Shown here: in pieces, positions 11,845 to 24,766 of the stretch
How positions within the stretch are numbered: the stretch's first letter is position 1
Layout: the number at the start of each line of letters is the position of its first letter
Assembly: GCF_031769215.1 (NCBI RefSeq)
Contig: NW_026782742.1
Span: forward strand, 248,001 to 312,000
DNA length: 64,000 bases
Origin: Ylistrum balloti
Taxonomy: Eukaryota
Direction: 5' to 3'
Program-made: the position numbers and the translations under genes
The notes under the pieces: model-generated
The model's input: only the letters and a program-made list of their open reading frames with translations
Told to the model about the DNA's origin: nothing
The model's database searches: none

Positions 11845-14800
11845 ATGGAAAATTATTTTGAAAAAAAGCGCCGAGAAAATAAAAGTCGTATGAAGAATGA
11901 GATGGTGGATAATATGAGTCGTAACGTGAAGGTAAGAATTTCTCAACTGATATTGAAGCAACAGGTTCCCCGGGGGTCGGGATTTATGAGAAAGTGGTAA
12001 GGAACAGCGGTATAGGACTGTATTATCGAAGGTTGGAGAACCATAGTTAGGTTCTCTCAGTAAAACTGTACTTCTGTTGACTTGTAGTACTCGCTATCTT
12101 TGTATGATATTGTACTTCAGAAACGTTTAGCAGGCAATGGAAAGTAATATCCGCTGTTTGGTTAGTATTATTTTGAAATTAAAAAAATATAATAAGATAT
12201 TTTTCTAAGATTGATCAAAACAGTACATGCGAATTGTTAACGTCAAACTGTAAGAATATAAAGCTGATTTCACTCGAATTAAAAATCTTCGCGATTCTCG
12301 AACAATAACAACGTTTTATTAATATAATATATTGCATGATCACTATAAACATTTTGTGAAAATATTAGTTACACTGTCGTCTACGTCTCTCCGGACAAAG
12401 AATTTGAATGAGAATAAATGTTGGCATTTTATTGGCAATATGAATGACAACTGGATAAGGCATCGCTTCAATTTGAATTTGTCTTTGTGCTGTTGGCATT
12501 CGTATAACTCAATAAACACGTACAATTAACGCATACAGGGAAATCTCAAGCGACACATACAGGGAAATCTCACTCAACACATACAGGGAAACCTCACACA
12601 ACACATACAGGGAAACATCACACAACACATACAGGGAGACATCACACAACGCATACAGAGAAAAATCTCACTCACCACATACAGGGAAATCCCACTCAAC
12701 ACATACAGGGAAACCTCATTCAACACATACAGGGAAATCTCACACAACACATACAGGGAAACCTCACACAACACATACAGAGAAACCTCACACAACACAT
12801 ACAGGGAGACATCACACAACACATGCAAGGAAACCTCACTCAAAACATACATGGAAACCTTGCGCAGACAACGCCATACTTTACTACGGGTGGTGTTTAT
12901 TTTCACACCTTGCACACCTTTTGTGAAACATTATGTATCGATTACCAATACACATCATTCACAACGCAAAGGTTCGTTACGCTTCAGTGAGTTTCTTCCT
13001 TTACACTCATATTGTGTTCGATTAATAGACGAGAAAATCGTTATAACTTCTATATATAAAGGAGACTTTTTATCGTTAATATTACCGTTAATCGAAAGTA
13101 CACCATTCCAAAGGTTTATAAGAAAATCAAAACATATATACAAAACTGTACGTATTTACTGGACATTGAAATATAGTCTGACGCCGTGATTTTCAAAGAG
13201 AACTTTAAATGAAGTAACCATACTGCTTAATACTGAAATGCATCTGACTGCTTTTATTAACTACTTTTACGCCCATAGCACCTGGAACAGTAAAGCATAA
13301 TATATTTCTGTACGACACCCGACAAATCTTTCCCTATATTAGACATTTTTAGAGCTTTGGATTTTTTCGCGAATAGAAGGTACTATGTAGTATATAAGTA
13401 TTTTTCTTACGCGCAGTTTTAGTTACTTTGTGACTTTCGAGTGAAAACGCTCGAACTCAGAGTCTCAAACGATACCATTATGAAAAGCTCACACGATATT
13501 CAAGAAATATAAAAACGGAAATAAAAAATAATCAATAAATGCGATATCACTAAACAGGTCTGCGCGTCAATCGAACTGTTTACAAATTAGAACTCGCTGT
13601 GATGTGCTGAAGACTCTAAATTCAGATAATATTGATCTAGAACCTCAAACGCAGGCATACACACAGCCTAACGGAAATCATGGTATTCCGAATGTCCTTT
13701 CGTTTGAATGTGACATTCGGAAGGCTCTTTTTGAGGCCTAGCTGTGGGGAAAACAATACAAAGGCCGACTGGTGTCAAACATTTCACTTTTTCAGTCGTT
13801 TTTTTTTTTTTTTTCTTTTTTTTTTCAAAATACGAACAATTAGAAATTAATATGGAGAGAATAAGACCAGGTGTTCCGGAATGGTAAGCCCCTTCTGCTT
13901 CTATGTCAATCGAGGTAATGTGATCTTAACGAATATACGTGGCACCATGCTAATGAGTATCGATCTCCTCCAAGTACATCAAGGTATATGTGGTATATCC
14001 TTCATCTTCCGCGGAAATCATTTCAACAAACCAGTAAATTCCATACTAAGTTTGGGAAGAAGAAATGTTACTATCTAGAAAAAGATATCGTCACGCTTGC
14101 TGTAAAGTTTTGTGGAGAGCTGACTGCTGGTCACGTTGTTAGAAATTGGAGATGATCTTTATTCCAATTAAATTATTTCTACATAATAATGACGCTAAAA
14201 TGGTTTTGGTATGTTATTGCTAAAAATGAAATGAAGTACATAAAAAAGACATAATGTTTTGAAACAGTTGGCATTTTCCATAAACGAGAAAAGTATTTGT
14301 ATTACATCAGAAATTCTGAGAGATGAACAAACGTTTGGATTGACATTTTTATCATCATCAGACCTGCTATAATTACATTTCTACGGGTCTTGAAATTCAG
14401 AATTTTCTTCCCATTCCGGGAGGTATATAGGAAGATCACTTCTGGGGAATGATAAGTAAAGATAAGCTTTTCATAGTATATGCCGGTAATCGATCTCCTA
14501 ATCGATAGAATTGCAAATCCAGTTTGATGAGATTTTAATTCTATTTAAATCCACGTGTTTAGAAAAAAATCGATAAATATGGATATAGGATACAACACGT
14601 CAAAGCTGTTCGTTACGTCTATAGATAATAGTATGAACGTGTAGGCTGACCCTCGCTGTCTTTACCTTGTAACTTCAAGTGTATCTCTTGAGGAGACAAG
14701 GTCATCGGTTTCATAAATTCCTTCCTGAGTATTTAGAGATAACCACTATATCGTGATTTTGTCAACGTCTTAGTTTTGTACAATGTTTCATCTATAAACT

Positions 14801-17800
14801 AACCCGGCATGAATTTTTCCACGTTCAATAAGTCAATATCTTAGTACTTTAAGTATTCTTGCTCTGAGTTATATCACATAAACCGGAAAAAAAAACCTAA
14901 CGTCATCCTCTTTAACGTTATTTGTACATACTCTTAGAAAAGTCTTGAAAATCAATTTTGCTCTTCACTTTTGGTTAAAAACAGAATTCCGCGAAGACTA
15001 AAATTCAAATTCGTGTAGAAGGCGTGATTTGCGTTTAACTTAAGTTATTTTCATTCCGATATGAATCAAACATGCGTTTGAATCAGTAACAATCTTGCAC
15101 TAGGAATCTGCTGATCTGGCTCATTACGGAAACAATAACATGAAGAACCGGAATATCGGTGGGTTCTTTGTACTCGAAAGACATTCCGGATTAATCAAAT
15201 ATAGAATAATTATTTTAGTCTGCGGTGGAGGTCTTACGGTGTCGACTTGACCCTTTGTGGTATGGCAGATAAGTTATTTCAAATATTTGTACTGATAAAA
15301 CAAAGCCAAAAAGGGTCGAGACTTATTAAGCTTCATTTGCATAAACAGACATTGAAGAATAATACATACACTTTTAATTTTTAACCATATTTAGAATAGT
15401 CATTATTGCGAAAGAAAATAACATTTTGAAGTCAAAAAACAAATACAATAATGACAATGAAATGGTGTGTTTTGATAGCTAATTTCAACAGAAAATTAAG
15501 TGTTAAGCTAATTATCTTATACAGATGTACATTACTCGAATATATTAAACAAATACAGATTTAAAACATGATATGCTGAACCCGCAAATTGATTCTTGTA
15601 AGATATGGTCTTGGCTAACAAAGAACTATATTTGATAACAATAATAATGTTGACAGTCTTCCAAATAATTTGAATTTTGGACTTCGGTTTATTTATTGGG
15701 TGTCCGCCAATCTCATGATATTACGATAATTACTAAATACAATTCAATAGTATATGTATATATATATATGTTTTGTTTAAAGCGTTACAAAATAATTGAT
15801 AATTATCGTTCATAAATTTCAGAGTTTAGGACAATTGTTGTAGGCCGGTAGAATGTGTACACGGGTTTGGTGTTTACGAATGTATGAGAAATGGCTCTAA
15901 CAATTTCGGGGTCAAAATAAAGTGATATTGCTAGCACAGGGATCTGAGAATTTATGCAGCCCGTGTTTATAAGAACATATCCCGCAGTGTACTATCATTA
16001 TCCCTCTAGAAAACATCTGAAGAGGATATCGTAACGCTGCTGATTGGTCGTCCGTCCGAGCAACCAGTTCCGGACAATAACTTGATTTTCTCTGGACCAA
16101 TCGAACTCACACACGCATACATTGCTTTCAGGGTCAAAAGGTCAAGTCACGAGGTCACTGCTACCATAAATAAAATTTCATTTGCAGATATTAACGCAAG
16201 TTCTAGTGAACCGATCAAACTTAAAATTTTACTCAGCACTTTCTACTTGGGAATGCTTGTTTAGGATTGCTTTTGATATCAAAAGGTTAAAAGTCCAGGT
16301 CACTGTTACTATAAATAGAAAGTCAGTTTTTTCTTGGTAACTAGTTTTCAAGTTAAAATGTCAATTTTAGGTCGAAAAACTGTTACTCTATATAGAAAAG
16401 CCATGACCAAGAGGGCCATTTAATTTTCCTGTCCGGGAGAATGAAAATATTTCCCCGCCGGTATATGATCTCAATCAAATGGTCTTTAAAGGTTTGGATG
16501 ATCAAGGTTTATACTATAGAATGTGTAATTCTGTTATCAGCTCTACCTGTATATAATAAATATGTCATGCCACACACTGACATTTTTAGCTTTAAAACGT
16601 CTGTTTACCGGAAATCGTTATATTCGTAAAAATACTTGATGGACTGTTAATGCTGATAAGAGGTAAATACTGAATATCAGCTTAATTAAACAATCACGTG
16701 TTCAGTTTGAGCTATAAAAGGACATTTCACATATTTGAAGAACACAATACGTACATGTAAATTCGTAAACATTAATTTGAATTGGACATTTTGGAACCTG
16801 TTCATTTTATAAAAATCAATGAAGCGTGGGGTTGGGGTCGTTTTAGGGATAAAATTGTATTACATATAATTTGATCCCTACTTTCGTTTTTAGACATTGA
16901 ACATTATACACCAAATGAAGCTGCACGTGAGTTAAGATAGCGCAGAGATTAATAAGATAGGAAATGTTATGAAATTTTATATTTAGATTCCGACTGATTT
17001 CTGTGTTTAAATATTTAAGAAAGAGTTTTTGAAATTGTAAAGTATAAAAAATTATAACAATAAAATTTGATTCTTCCGTATAAACTGGTACTGTATCGTA
17101 TCCTCATTTCTGATACAGTGGATATAGAATATTTATGTGCAGCTTGCGCATCATCTCGTTGCTATGGAAAAATGGAGTGAAGCGTGTTTAAATCGTCATT
17201 GTAAGTTAACCTACGCCTATGTGAGAATGTTCGAATATCGAATGATTTTAATGTGTGAGTACGCTCGGGCGATCGATTTATTTAGATAAATCCGAGTCCG
17301 CTGCCAAAATGCTAAAATAAATGAAAATTAACAAGCAAGCTTGCGTTCATGCCTACATTGTACAGGCATGTGTGCTTAAGAACTTCGTCCAGTTCTTAAT
17401 TGATATCTCCAATTTATCTTGACCGAAAAAACGATATCGACAAACTCCGTCAATGGTCGTTTAATTCCGGGTATTCACGGAAATGGCCGAGATGCTTCGA
17501 TTTGTGTTAAATGTCCTGAGCGTTATTGAACGCCGATCAGTGATATTTACATATATTTGAATCTTATGAGAGGTAAGCAATTTAATAGGCGTTTGGCACC
17601 ATTCAATCGATAAAGTTAAAGGTTCGATAAGGTTTCTGTACGCCTAAATGTAGTACAGTAGAAGATGGTTCTTAATATAGAACTGTCATACATGAACAAT
17701 TACACACATTCCGTATGTAAACATGTATATTACTGACATTATTGACTAGGGGTCACCAAAAGGTCACAATATTCAGAACGGTTGTCATAAATCAAACATG

Positions 17801-20224
17801 ATTTGTACGAACACGTTTGACTTCAATTTTGTTTCACTTGAACAAATCGACAAATAAATGAAAATGTATAGTTAACTGTAACACCAATGCAGTGAGGGGA
17901 ATTTAATTAAATTCTACACTGAATTTTCATTAGGGACATTGTAGTTTCTAAAATAAAAAAAGACGCATGTTAATGGATTTTAACGAGTTCCTAGGGAAAC
18001 ACATTTCACATGTCATTTGAGAAATATTTTTTTTTATTAAATTTTCGTTAATTTTATAGTAGGGACTTTCTTACCTTTGTATAAACGATACATAAAGGTT
18101 TTGTTTAATATTGATACTTCCGCTTCCGGGATAAGATATAACACAAGTAAAACATGTGATCGATGTATGCTACTGATCAGTTACAATATCATGTATATAT
18201 ATATTGTTATTTCAAATTTTGTTCTATATATGGTCAGTGGAAGGTTAGGGTCGTGTCAGGATTTATTATTAGATATACAAAGTAGCGTTCCTCGACCTTC
18301 AAAATAGAGTGTTTACTTATTTACTAGTTTTGTTATCGCTTGCTTCTTACAGTAAATACTTTATCTATAAATAAGGATCTCCCTGTACTCTGATTTCCAT
18401 AACTGTACATTCCCGTTGCTATCTTTTATCTTTTGATTTTTGGTAAAACTTTCATAACCTTGGATGGAAATCCTGAGATACGAGGTACACTCTCAACTAG
18501 TTTCGGATCATGTTTCTCTGGAAGCTGAGAAATAGATAAGTCTGTGTTGTCGAAGATGTATCCTTGAGCAAAAGTCTTTATCCTTATTGCTCGTATAGTG
18601 TTCAGTGAACTAGTCACCAGCTTCTACAAAGAGACTCCGCCTCAGTATGACCCTGGCTGTTCACAGGGCGATTCACCCATCACATCAATTTATTTTTGAA
18701 ATACATCGCAAGTGAAGACAAAGAGTTCTGCATTTTTCTCTTTCATTGACAAAATTTGTAACCAAATGTAAATATACATGGTTTTTTTTTACATTGCAGC
18801 CAAAAAACGTCCATCACAAAATCACGGAGATCAGTCTCGAGGACGAGACTTTGACGCTATGGCGACCTTCCGTCGACAACAATCAGTACCGCCTAATGCC
18901 GGAAAATATCGATCAAGGAGACTGGGAAAACTTTCGTCCTTTGTACTATCACAAATTCGACTGCATCAGCAGTGTTCTCCCCTTCGATGATGCAATTCCT
19001 GTGATTGCCAATCAAGCGACCACCCTCGTTCCCACGCATGACTACTCCATACTTAGGGATTATCCTCGAATCCGGGGTTTGTGGTATCAACCAGAAAAGG
19101 CCGACATTATTAGCATTGATGACGAATCGCGTGTGGGCAATGTTAAGTTTTCAATCTTTTTCCCGCGCTCTGACCATGACCATCTGATAAGCCAGTTGAA
19201 CATGTACTTTTTAGAAGTCATGGACTATGAGTCTGACGATAAGTCTGTCTCACGTTTTCTACTGACGAAAAACGAATATCCCGATTTGCCCATATATGAT
19301 AGTAATAAGCCAGGCGGACCGGTGTTCATAGAAAAACATGACACGCTTGACGGAGTGTTAGAAACATACTACTTCCTACGTATATGTACCAGCTACACCG
19401 GTCGAATAATGGAACATGAGGTTGAGTTTATGTTGGAGGAAGATCCCTGGCCTCTTTGTCATATTTCGTCAGTGACACATAAACCGTTCAAGCCACCAAT
19501 CAATATTTTGAGTTTGAAGGAGAACCTGGATGTAGAAACATGTGTCAAACTAAACACGCGATTCCAGGCTTCGACTTGGGAGGACACATTGGCTGGCCTG
19601 TTCGCCTGGTCCCTTAGAACACATCTTCATTGGCTTGTCTACGAGAGACTTCACGAGAATATTAAAGGAACCGTAACTCTTACTGCCATGACGTCACCAT
19701 TGGAAACGATTTCCGTCCCACGCAGAGCAGTCGTTTGCAGCCGGAAGTTGGATTTGCTCATTGAACTTAACGCTTTTATTGTAAAATGCCAAAATGACAA
19801 AGACTTACAAGATCTCAAGAACCTGTTCTGTTCCCTTCACGAATGTGATGACGCGTGCCCACTCGTTAGTGTGCGTCAAATTGACATGCATCAAGTGATG
19901 CCGCCATACTTATGTTTGCTAGAGCGCGTGATAGCCAGTAATTATATCCCACTCCGACGTCAGATTGTGACGGCCATGTTGCCTTGGCCTTTGCTAGCAT
20001 TTTACTTCGCAGATTTGAAGATTGATAGTTGTAGGAAAATGATCGCGTTTATTAGTCAAGTTGACGGAATTTGTCAGGAATTTCCCGGGGATTTCACTTA
20101 CCCACTTACAAGTACTCAGGACTTTAACTGCAATCTTACCATGGACTACACTGAAAAAACCTCGGGATTCGAATCTCTCTCCTCCGTCACAGACCTGGAT
20201 GCCGACAGCGACGAGAGTGTATAA
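11845..20224 (+). CDS. Uncharacterised protein, ~503 aa; two-exon model 11845-11931 + 18800-20224
   Basis: Exon 1: caaaATGG context, MENYFEKKRRENKSRMKNEMVDNMSRNVK, phase-0 donor aag|gtaaga. Exon 2: acceptor ttttttttacattgcag at 18799, 474 uninterrupted codons to TAA, clearly more GC-rich than the flanks. The join is in frame. No family recognised; exon 1 is less certain than exon 2. Confidence 0.8.
12530..12862. repeat. 24-bp minisatellite, ~14 copies
   Basis: Unit ACACATACAGGGAAACCTCACACA; produces the spurious (SLYVLCEV)n ORF on -. Confidence 0.95.
13865..14155 (-). mobile_element. Degenerate Penelope-like element fragment
   Basis: The - strand reads SQLSTKLYSKRDDIFF*IVTF (cf. L.TKLYDKRDDFNFPIVNF of this RT family), followed by gaagcagaaggggcttaccattccggaacacc, a motif shared with the copy at 39360-39390. 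Confidence 0.7.
16040..16400. repeat. Interspersed repeat with GGTCAAAGGTCA/GGTCAC motifs (Pearl/CvA or HINE-like non-autonomous element fragment)
   Basis: gggtcaaaaggtcaagtcacgaggtcactg and aggtcactgttactataaatag; related motifs at 30-50 and 63650-63680. The family assignment is from recollection. Confidence 0.45.
18555..18672 (+). mobile_element. SINE fragment (CORE-like domain plus 3' end)
   Basis: tgtatccttgagcaaaagtctttatcc resembles the CORE-SINE central domain; ctccgcctcagtatgaccctggctgttcacagggcg matches the other SINE 3' ends in the window. Confidence 0.5.
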
Positions 20225-21069
20225 CTTGACGAAGTTATTTCCCTTGTTTGCAATATGTTAAAACGTTTGTCTTGTAATAGGGAGGTCACGGGAATAATGT
20301 GGGTTTTATTAATCTTATTCTCCTAGAAGATGTAAATGACATACATAACATACATGAATGCATTAAACTCGTGTTTGTGTGAAAGAGAAATTGAAAGACG
20401 AATTAATTATGTATTGATTCCACGAACTATTCTGTCGAAAGCTATTATGTACAGAAGAGTTATGCCCCTTTAATCCCGTAAAGTAAGGTACATCAGATAT
20501 ATACATCCTGACAGCAGGAAGCATACTCAGATATTTAAATATTATGTGTACCTACAAATTCTCAATGTTCTATCTTTCAATGTGCCATCGAATGATCATC
20601 TGCATGATGACGCAGTGTAAAAGATACAGAGTTTTTAAAACATTCTTGGTGAAATATTTAAGTGCCAAAAAACACACACAGTTTGTAAAACATCCTTGGT
20701 GAGATATCTGAGTGAAAGAAGTAAAAATCAACATTCAATATTTAAAGTTCAATGTATTATTTTATCAACAGCTCACTGTACTTGTTCATGTTTCAAACTG
20801 AAGGTGATCATATCTTAAATCGCTTTCACTTGACTTCTTATCATGAGGGAGAGGTGGACGGGAAGGAAGTGGGAGGGGGGAGGGGGGGCGGGGTGGAAAT
20901 CGTTTTTCATCGTTCATTTTATTGTAAATGTAAATTTGTTTTTACAAATATAGTTAATTCAAAAATCAGACGACGAACATTTTTTTAAAGTTAGAACACG
21001 TTGGCCATCTATTACACCTCAAACTATATTATCATATTGAACGAAGAAATGTCGTGTTTCAAATGATCG

Positions 21070-21167
21070 AATTCATTGGAGTTAGATGATAACGAGGTGT
21101 TCTGATGTTCAAATGTCTAATTCATCCGAGTTAGATGATAACGAGGTGTTCTGATGTTCAGATGTCT
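21070..21167. repeat. 49-bp direct duplication
   Basis: aattcat..gagttagatgataacgaggtgttctgatgttca.atgtct occurs at 21070 and 21119. Confidence 0.9.
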
Positions 21168-24100
21168 GTCATGATATCATCTCTGGTTGTAGATCTGGTG
21201 TTGGTGTGATATGGTTAAATAGACATTTTTCACTTCTCGCCTGAAACATTTCCTCTCGATATATATATTTATGAAAAGTACAGAATTATTAATGTGATTT
21301 ATAACTGTTTTCTTTGCTGTGCTAACTAACATACAACTGTTTCATAGTCCTTGAGAGAAAACTTTTCTTATTATCTTTATTTAAGGTAGCTATCTGATTA
21401 ACACAATATAATCTCTTCCCAAAAGAGTTCTACACTAACCATAATATAAGGAATATGAAACTTGACATATGTTTACTTCAAAACAAATAAAAGAACGAGT
21501 TTAATTACGTATTTTAATTTATTACTCTTAGTTGCTAACATTATAACACACATGTTGTTTCACTGAAGATGAAAACTTAACCGTGTTGGTGATCTCATCC
21601 CTCCTTACATCTAGTCGAGGAAGATGACCCCCACGGCCATCTCGGTGAATGGCGGACTCGCTATCCAAAGCACCATCAGATTATCAAACGTGTCTTTTCA
21701 TGGGTGTTTTTTCCCTTACGATATAAAATGTCGGAGACGGCTCCCCACTGAATAAAAACTTCTTGAGATTTATTAGAATTTTTGCTTTGTCGTTTTCCTG
21801 GCTAAATAGTTTAGTTAACATAAGAACTAATCATGATGAGTGAAACAAAACATGTTCAAATGCAGATGAGCTGACCAGCCAAGTCATCTGTCTTGTCTTC
21901 TGGACAAAATGTCGTTATACGTTTTTTTCTTTCAAACTTACAGCAAATAAATACAGAACCATTTGAAATGAGTTTATTAGAAGTTTTTATTTATAGCTAT
22001 GAAAAAATATATACATCTCTATGTACTTAATATAGAATGATACATATGTATGATGCATACGCAAATCTATATAGGATGATTGTTTTCAAACCTCACCCAA
22101 AGTGGAAGGTCCAGTCTCGCAATGTACACGTCTAATATTAAAAACTAATATCGGGACTCGCTATTTCCGATATTTATGAAAATAGTATTACAACAATCCA
22201 GGTTATCTCCCTTTCCTTTTGCTATCCAAGCAAGTCGTACAATGTACAATGTATTTGTACAATACAGAAGTCTTACGATAAAGATGACGTACCACAAGAT
22301 AAGTTAAAAATACCGATCATATCATGAGATTTATTATTCCTATCTTGTGAAACGAAATATTCCGTGACAAAAAATTCTTACCATAGTGTTGATACCAACA
22401 CGGACTTAGATGTATATCTAAATCAGTGGTAAAACAATGTGACCACGAGATTAACATATCGATATGATTTGTATCACAAAAAATCTTTAAAGTAGTTTTT
22501 GTACCACGATATTTTCCCCGTATCACATACATTTATGTCCTACAGAGAAATGTGTATGTTTGTACCACGATCTGCGCTCGACAACTGTTCTGTGCACAAG
22601 ATTGATAGGATTTTGTATACCACGACATGAAACTTGCCACGATAACTTCTTGGCGAAAATATCCATTATTTCAGATATTGAAGAAATAAACGATGTAACA
22701 TTGGTCAATAATTTAAAAAAAAAGACTGAACCTCCTCTATTACTGAGAATTTACAACATTTTGATGTTGTCATAAATAAGTACGTATGCACTGAGGAAAA
22801 AATGATGTGAATTTCAATTATTAACAGCTTTTTTAAATATGTTCATATATATACAGGATGTTCGATGAATCGACGTTGGATGAAAAGGGATTGGTGGAAC
22901 TTTTTTTTTAATTGATACTTAACAAATTTTCACCACTCATCACAAATTCAAAACATTCAGGGTGCAGTATAAATATCTAATAACATATTACCAATATACA
23001 AATTTTACATACGCATTAATTTTTATTACACGGAAATAATTTCGACAACAAAATGATTAGATAAACGAGATTTCTACAATTGGCAAAACAATGTTTGCCC
23101 CTTTCATGACCATGAGTCGGCGTTTAGTTTTATTGTTCAACAAACGATCTTAGTCAAAACTATGATAACATATCATATTTAAAATATTTTAATATGAAAT
23201 TAAAGCAAAACTTGTACAGGCAACGGAATAATGAAATAAAATCAGAAAAGACAAAATTTTGTAATAGATGCTAAAGGAATTAATAGTTTATTTGTTGTAA
23301 TGGGGTAATGTTCCTATCTATAGCCTTATTTCACTTGACATGGCGCTCAAACGTGACCCTTTTTATAAACTTTATTTTTAAAAAATCTGTCCCCCTTCCT
23401 TCTCTCCATTGAAAGAAAAGATAAAATCTTACATAAATTGTATAAATTTTAAGTAAACGAAATTTGACGAATATATATATATATAGAGAGAGCAGTTCTT
23501 CAATTTGTATAGAATATATAACACTAGCGTTAGTAAGGTATTTACCGTTGATAATTTGATAATTATTATTATCACAAAGATACCTATATTTGTATTTTCA
23601 AATATCAATACATTATATTTTTTTACTTAATTGATACAATTGAAAAACCTTAAAGTAATCATTATATCTTTTTCACCATGCGGATTTCAATGTTCATGTC
23701 CATCAGTCCCAAATGCTATTTTTTTCAGAAACAAGTGTATCAGTACACAATTGTATTTGCATACTTACGTCATTCATTCAACATCTAAGACACATCTTTC
23801 AACATACAGTCAGAAATTATATTAAAATAAATTTATTATGATTACCCTCACATTCTGGTAATATTGTTTTTAATCAAACTTAACTTATCATTAATAATTT
23901 AATAACATCAAATATAAATGAAACGTAAATGTAATATCATTCAAGGGACGTAACTCCAGAGAGCTTGGATTGGAATAGTATTAAACATAAATGGAATGGT
24001 TGCTTAAACTTTTTCGAAGGGAGGTAAATCTAGATAGCTGGATTTGAATCAATTTTGATATAATTTAATAAAGTACTCAGAATAATTGTTATTGTCGCTA

Positions 24101-24766
24101 CGGTTATCGACATGAAATTAAGTATAATTAAACAGATAGTTATGTAATCATTCAATATTACAGAAATTAAAAGAAATATTTAGACAATTCAGCTTGTTGT
24201 ATTAACATAAGATATCCAAAGTTAGTCATAATGAACTGAAGCCACACAGATCCAAAGATTATAATTGACGGAGTAGTCCTTGTATTAGCTGATGGCTACC
24301 TCGGTGAATAACATACGGGAGGCCCGTCATATACTTTGTAGCACAGGAGGAAACACAATCCGTCCCGAGCGGAATGGGCCCATACACCTCTGAGTTTATA
24401 TAGCCCGGTGCCGTAACAATTGTGTTATAGCAAGAAAATTAATGATCGAATTCATTTTACTTTTAAATAAATGATAAAAAAGGTAAAAATGAAAAAATTA
24501 ATAAATAAAATAATTATCAAACATTAATTATATTTTCCACCGTTTGGGGTTTTCGGGGTCTTAAATTTTTTAATGATCTTTTTGTCCTGGTTCTCGATAA
24601 GACGCGTTACGAAAATTGACTTCTGAATTTACTTTTGTATATAGATACTTTTCCAAATAATTGTGTTAAAGTGAAATATTCATGAACTTTGATAAGTCCA
24701 TGTGCTGATATATTTTGATTTGAATTCCTAGTGAGTTACAACCGGAAACGGATTAAACCCAGAATG

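Noticed and set aside
12574-12915. ORF with SLYVLCEV repeats
   Set aside because: Translation of the 24-bp minisatellite (multiple of 3).
17565-17578. ATGAGAG|gtaagc as first exon of the orphan gene
   Set aside because: The phase-1 donor would put exon 18800 in the short alternative frame that stops at 18990; the phase-0 exon at 11845-11931 fits better.
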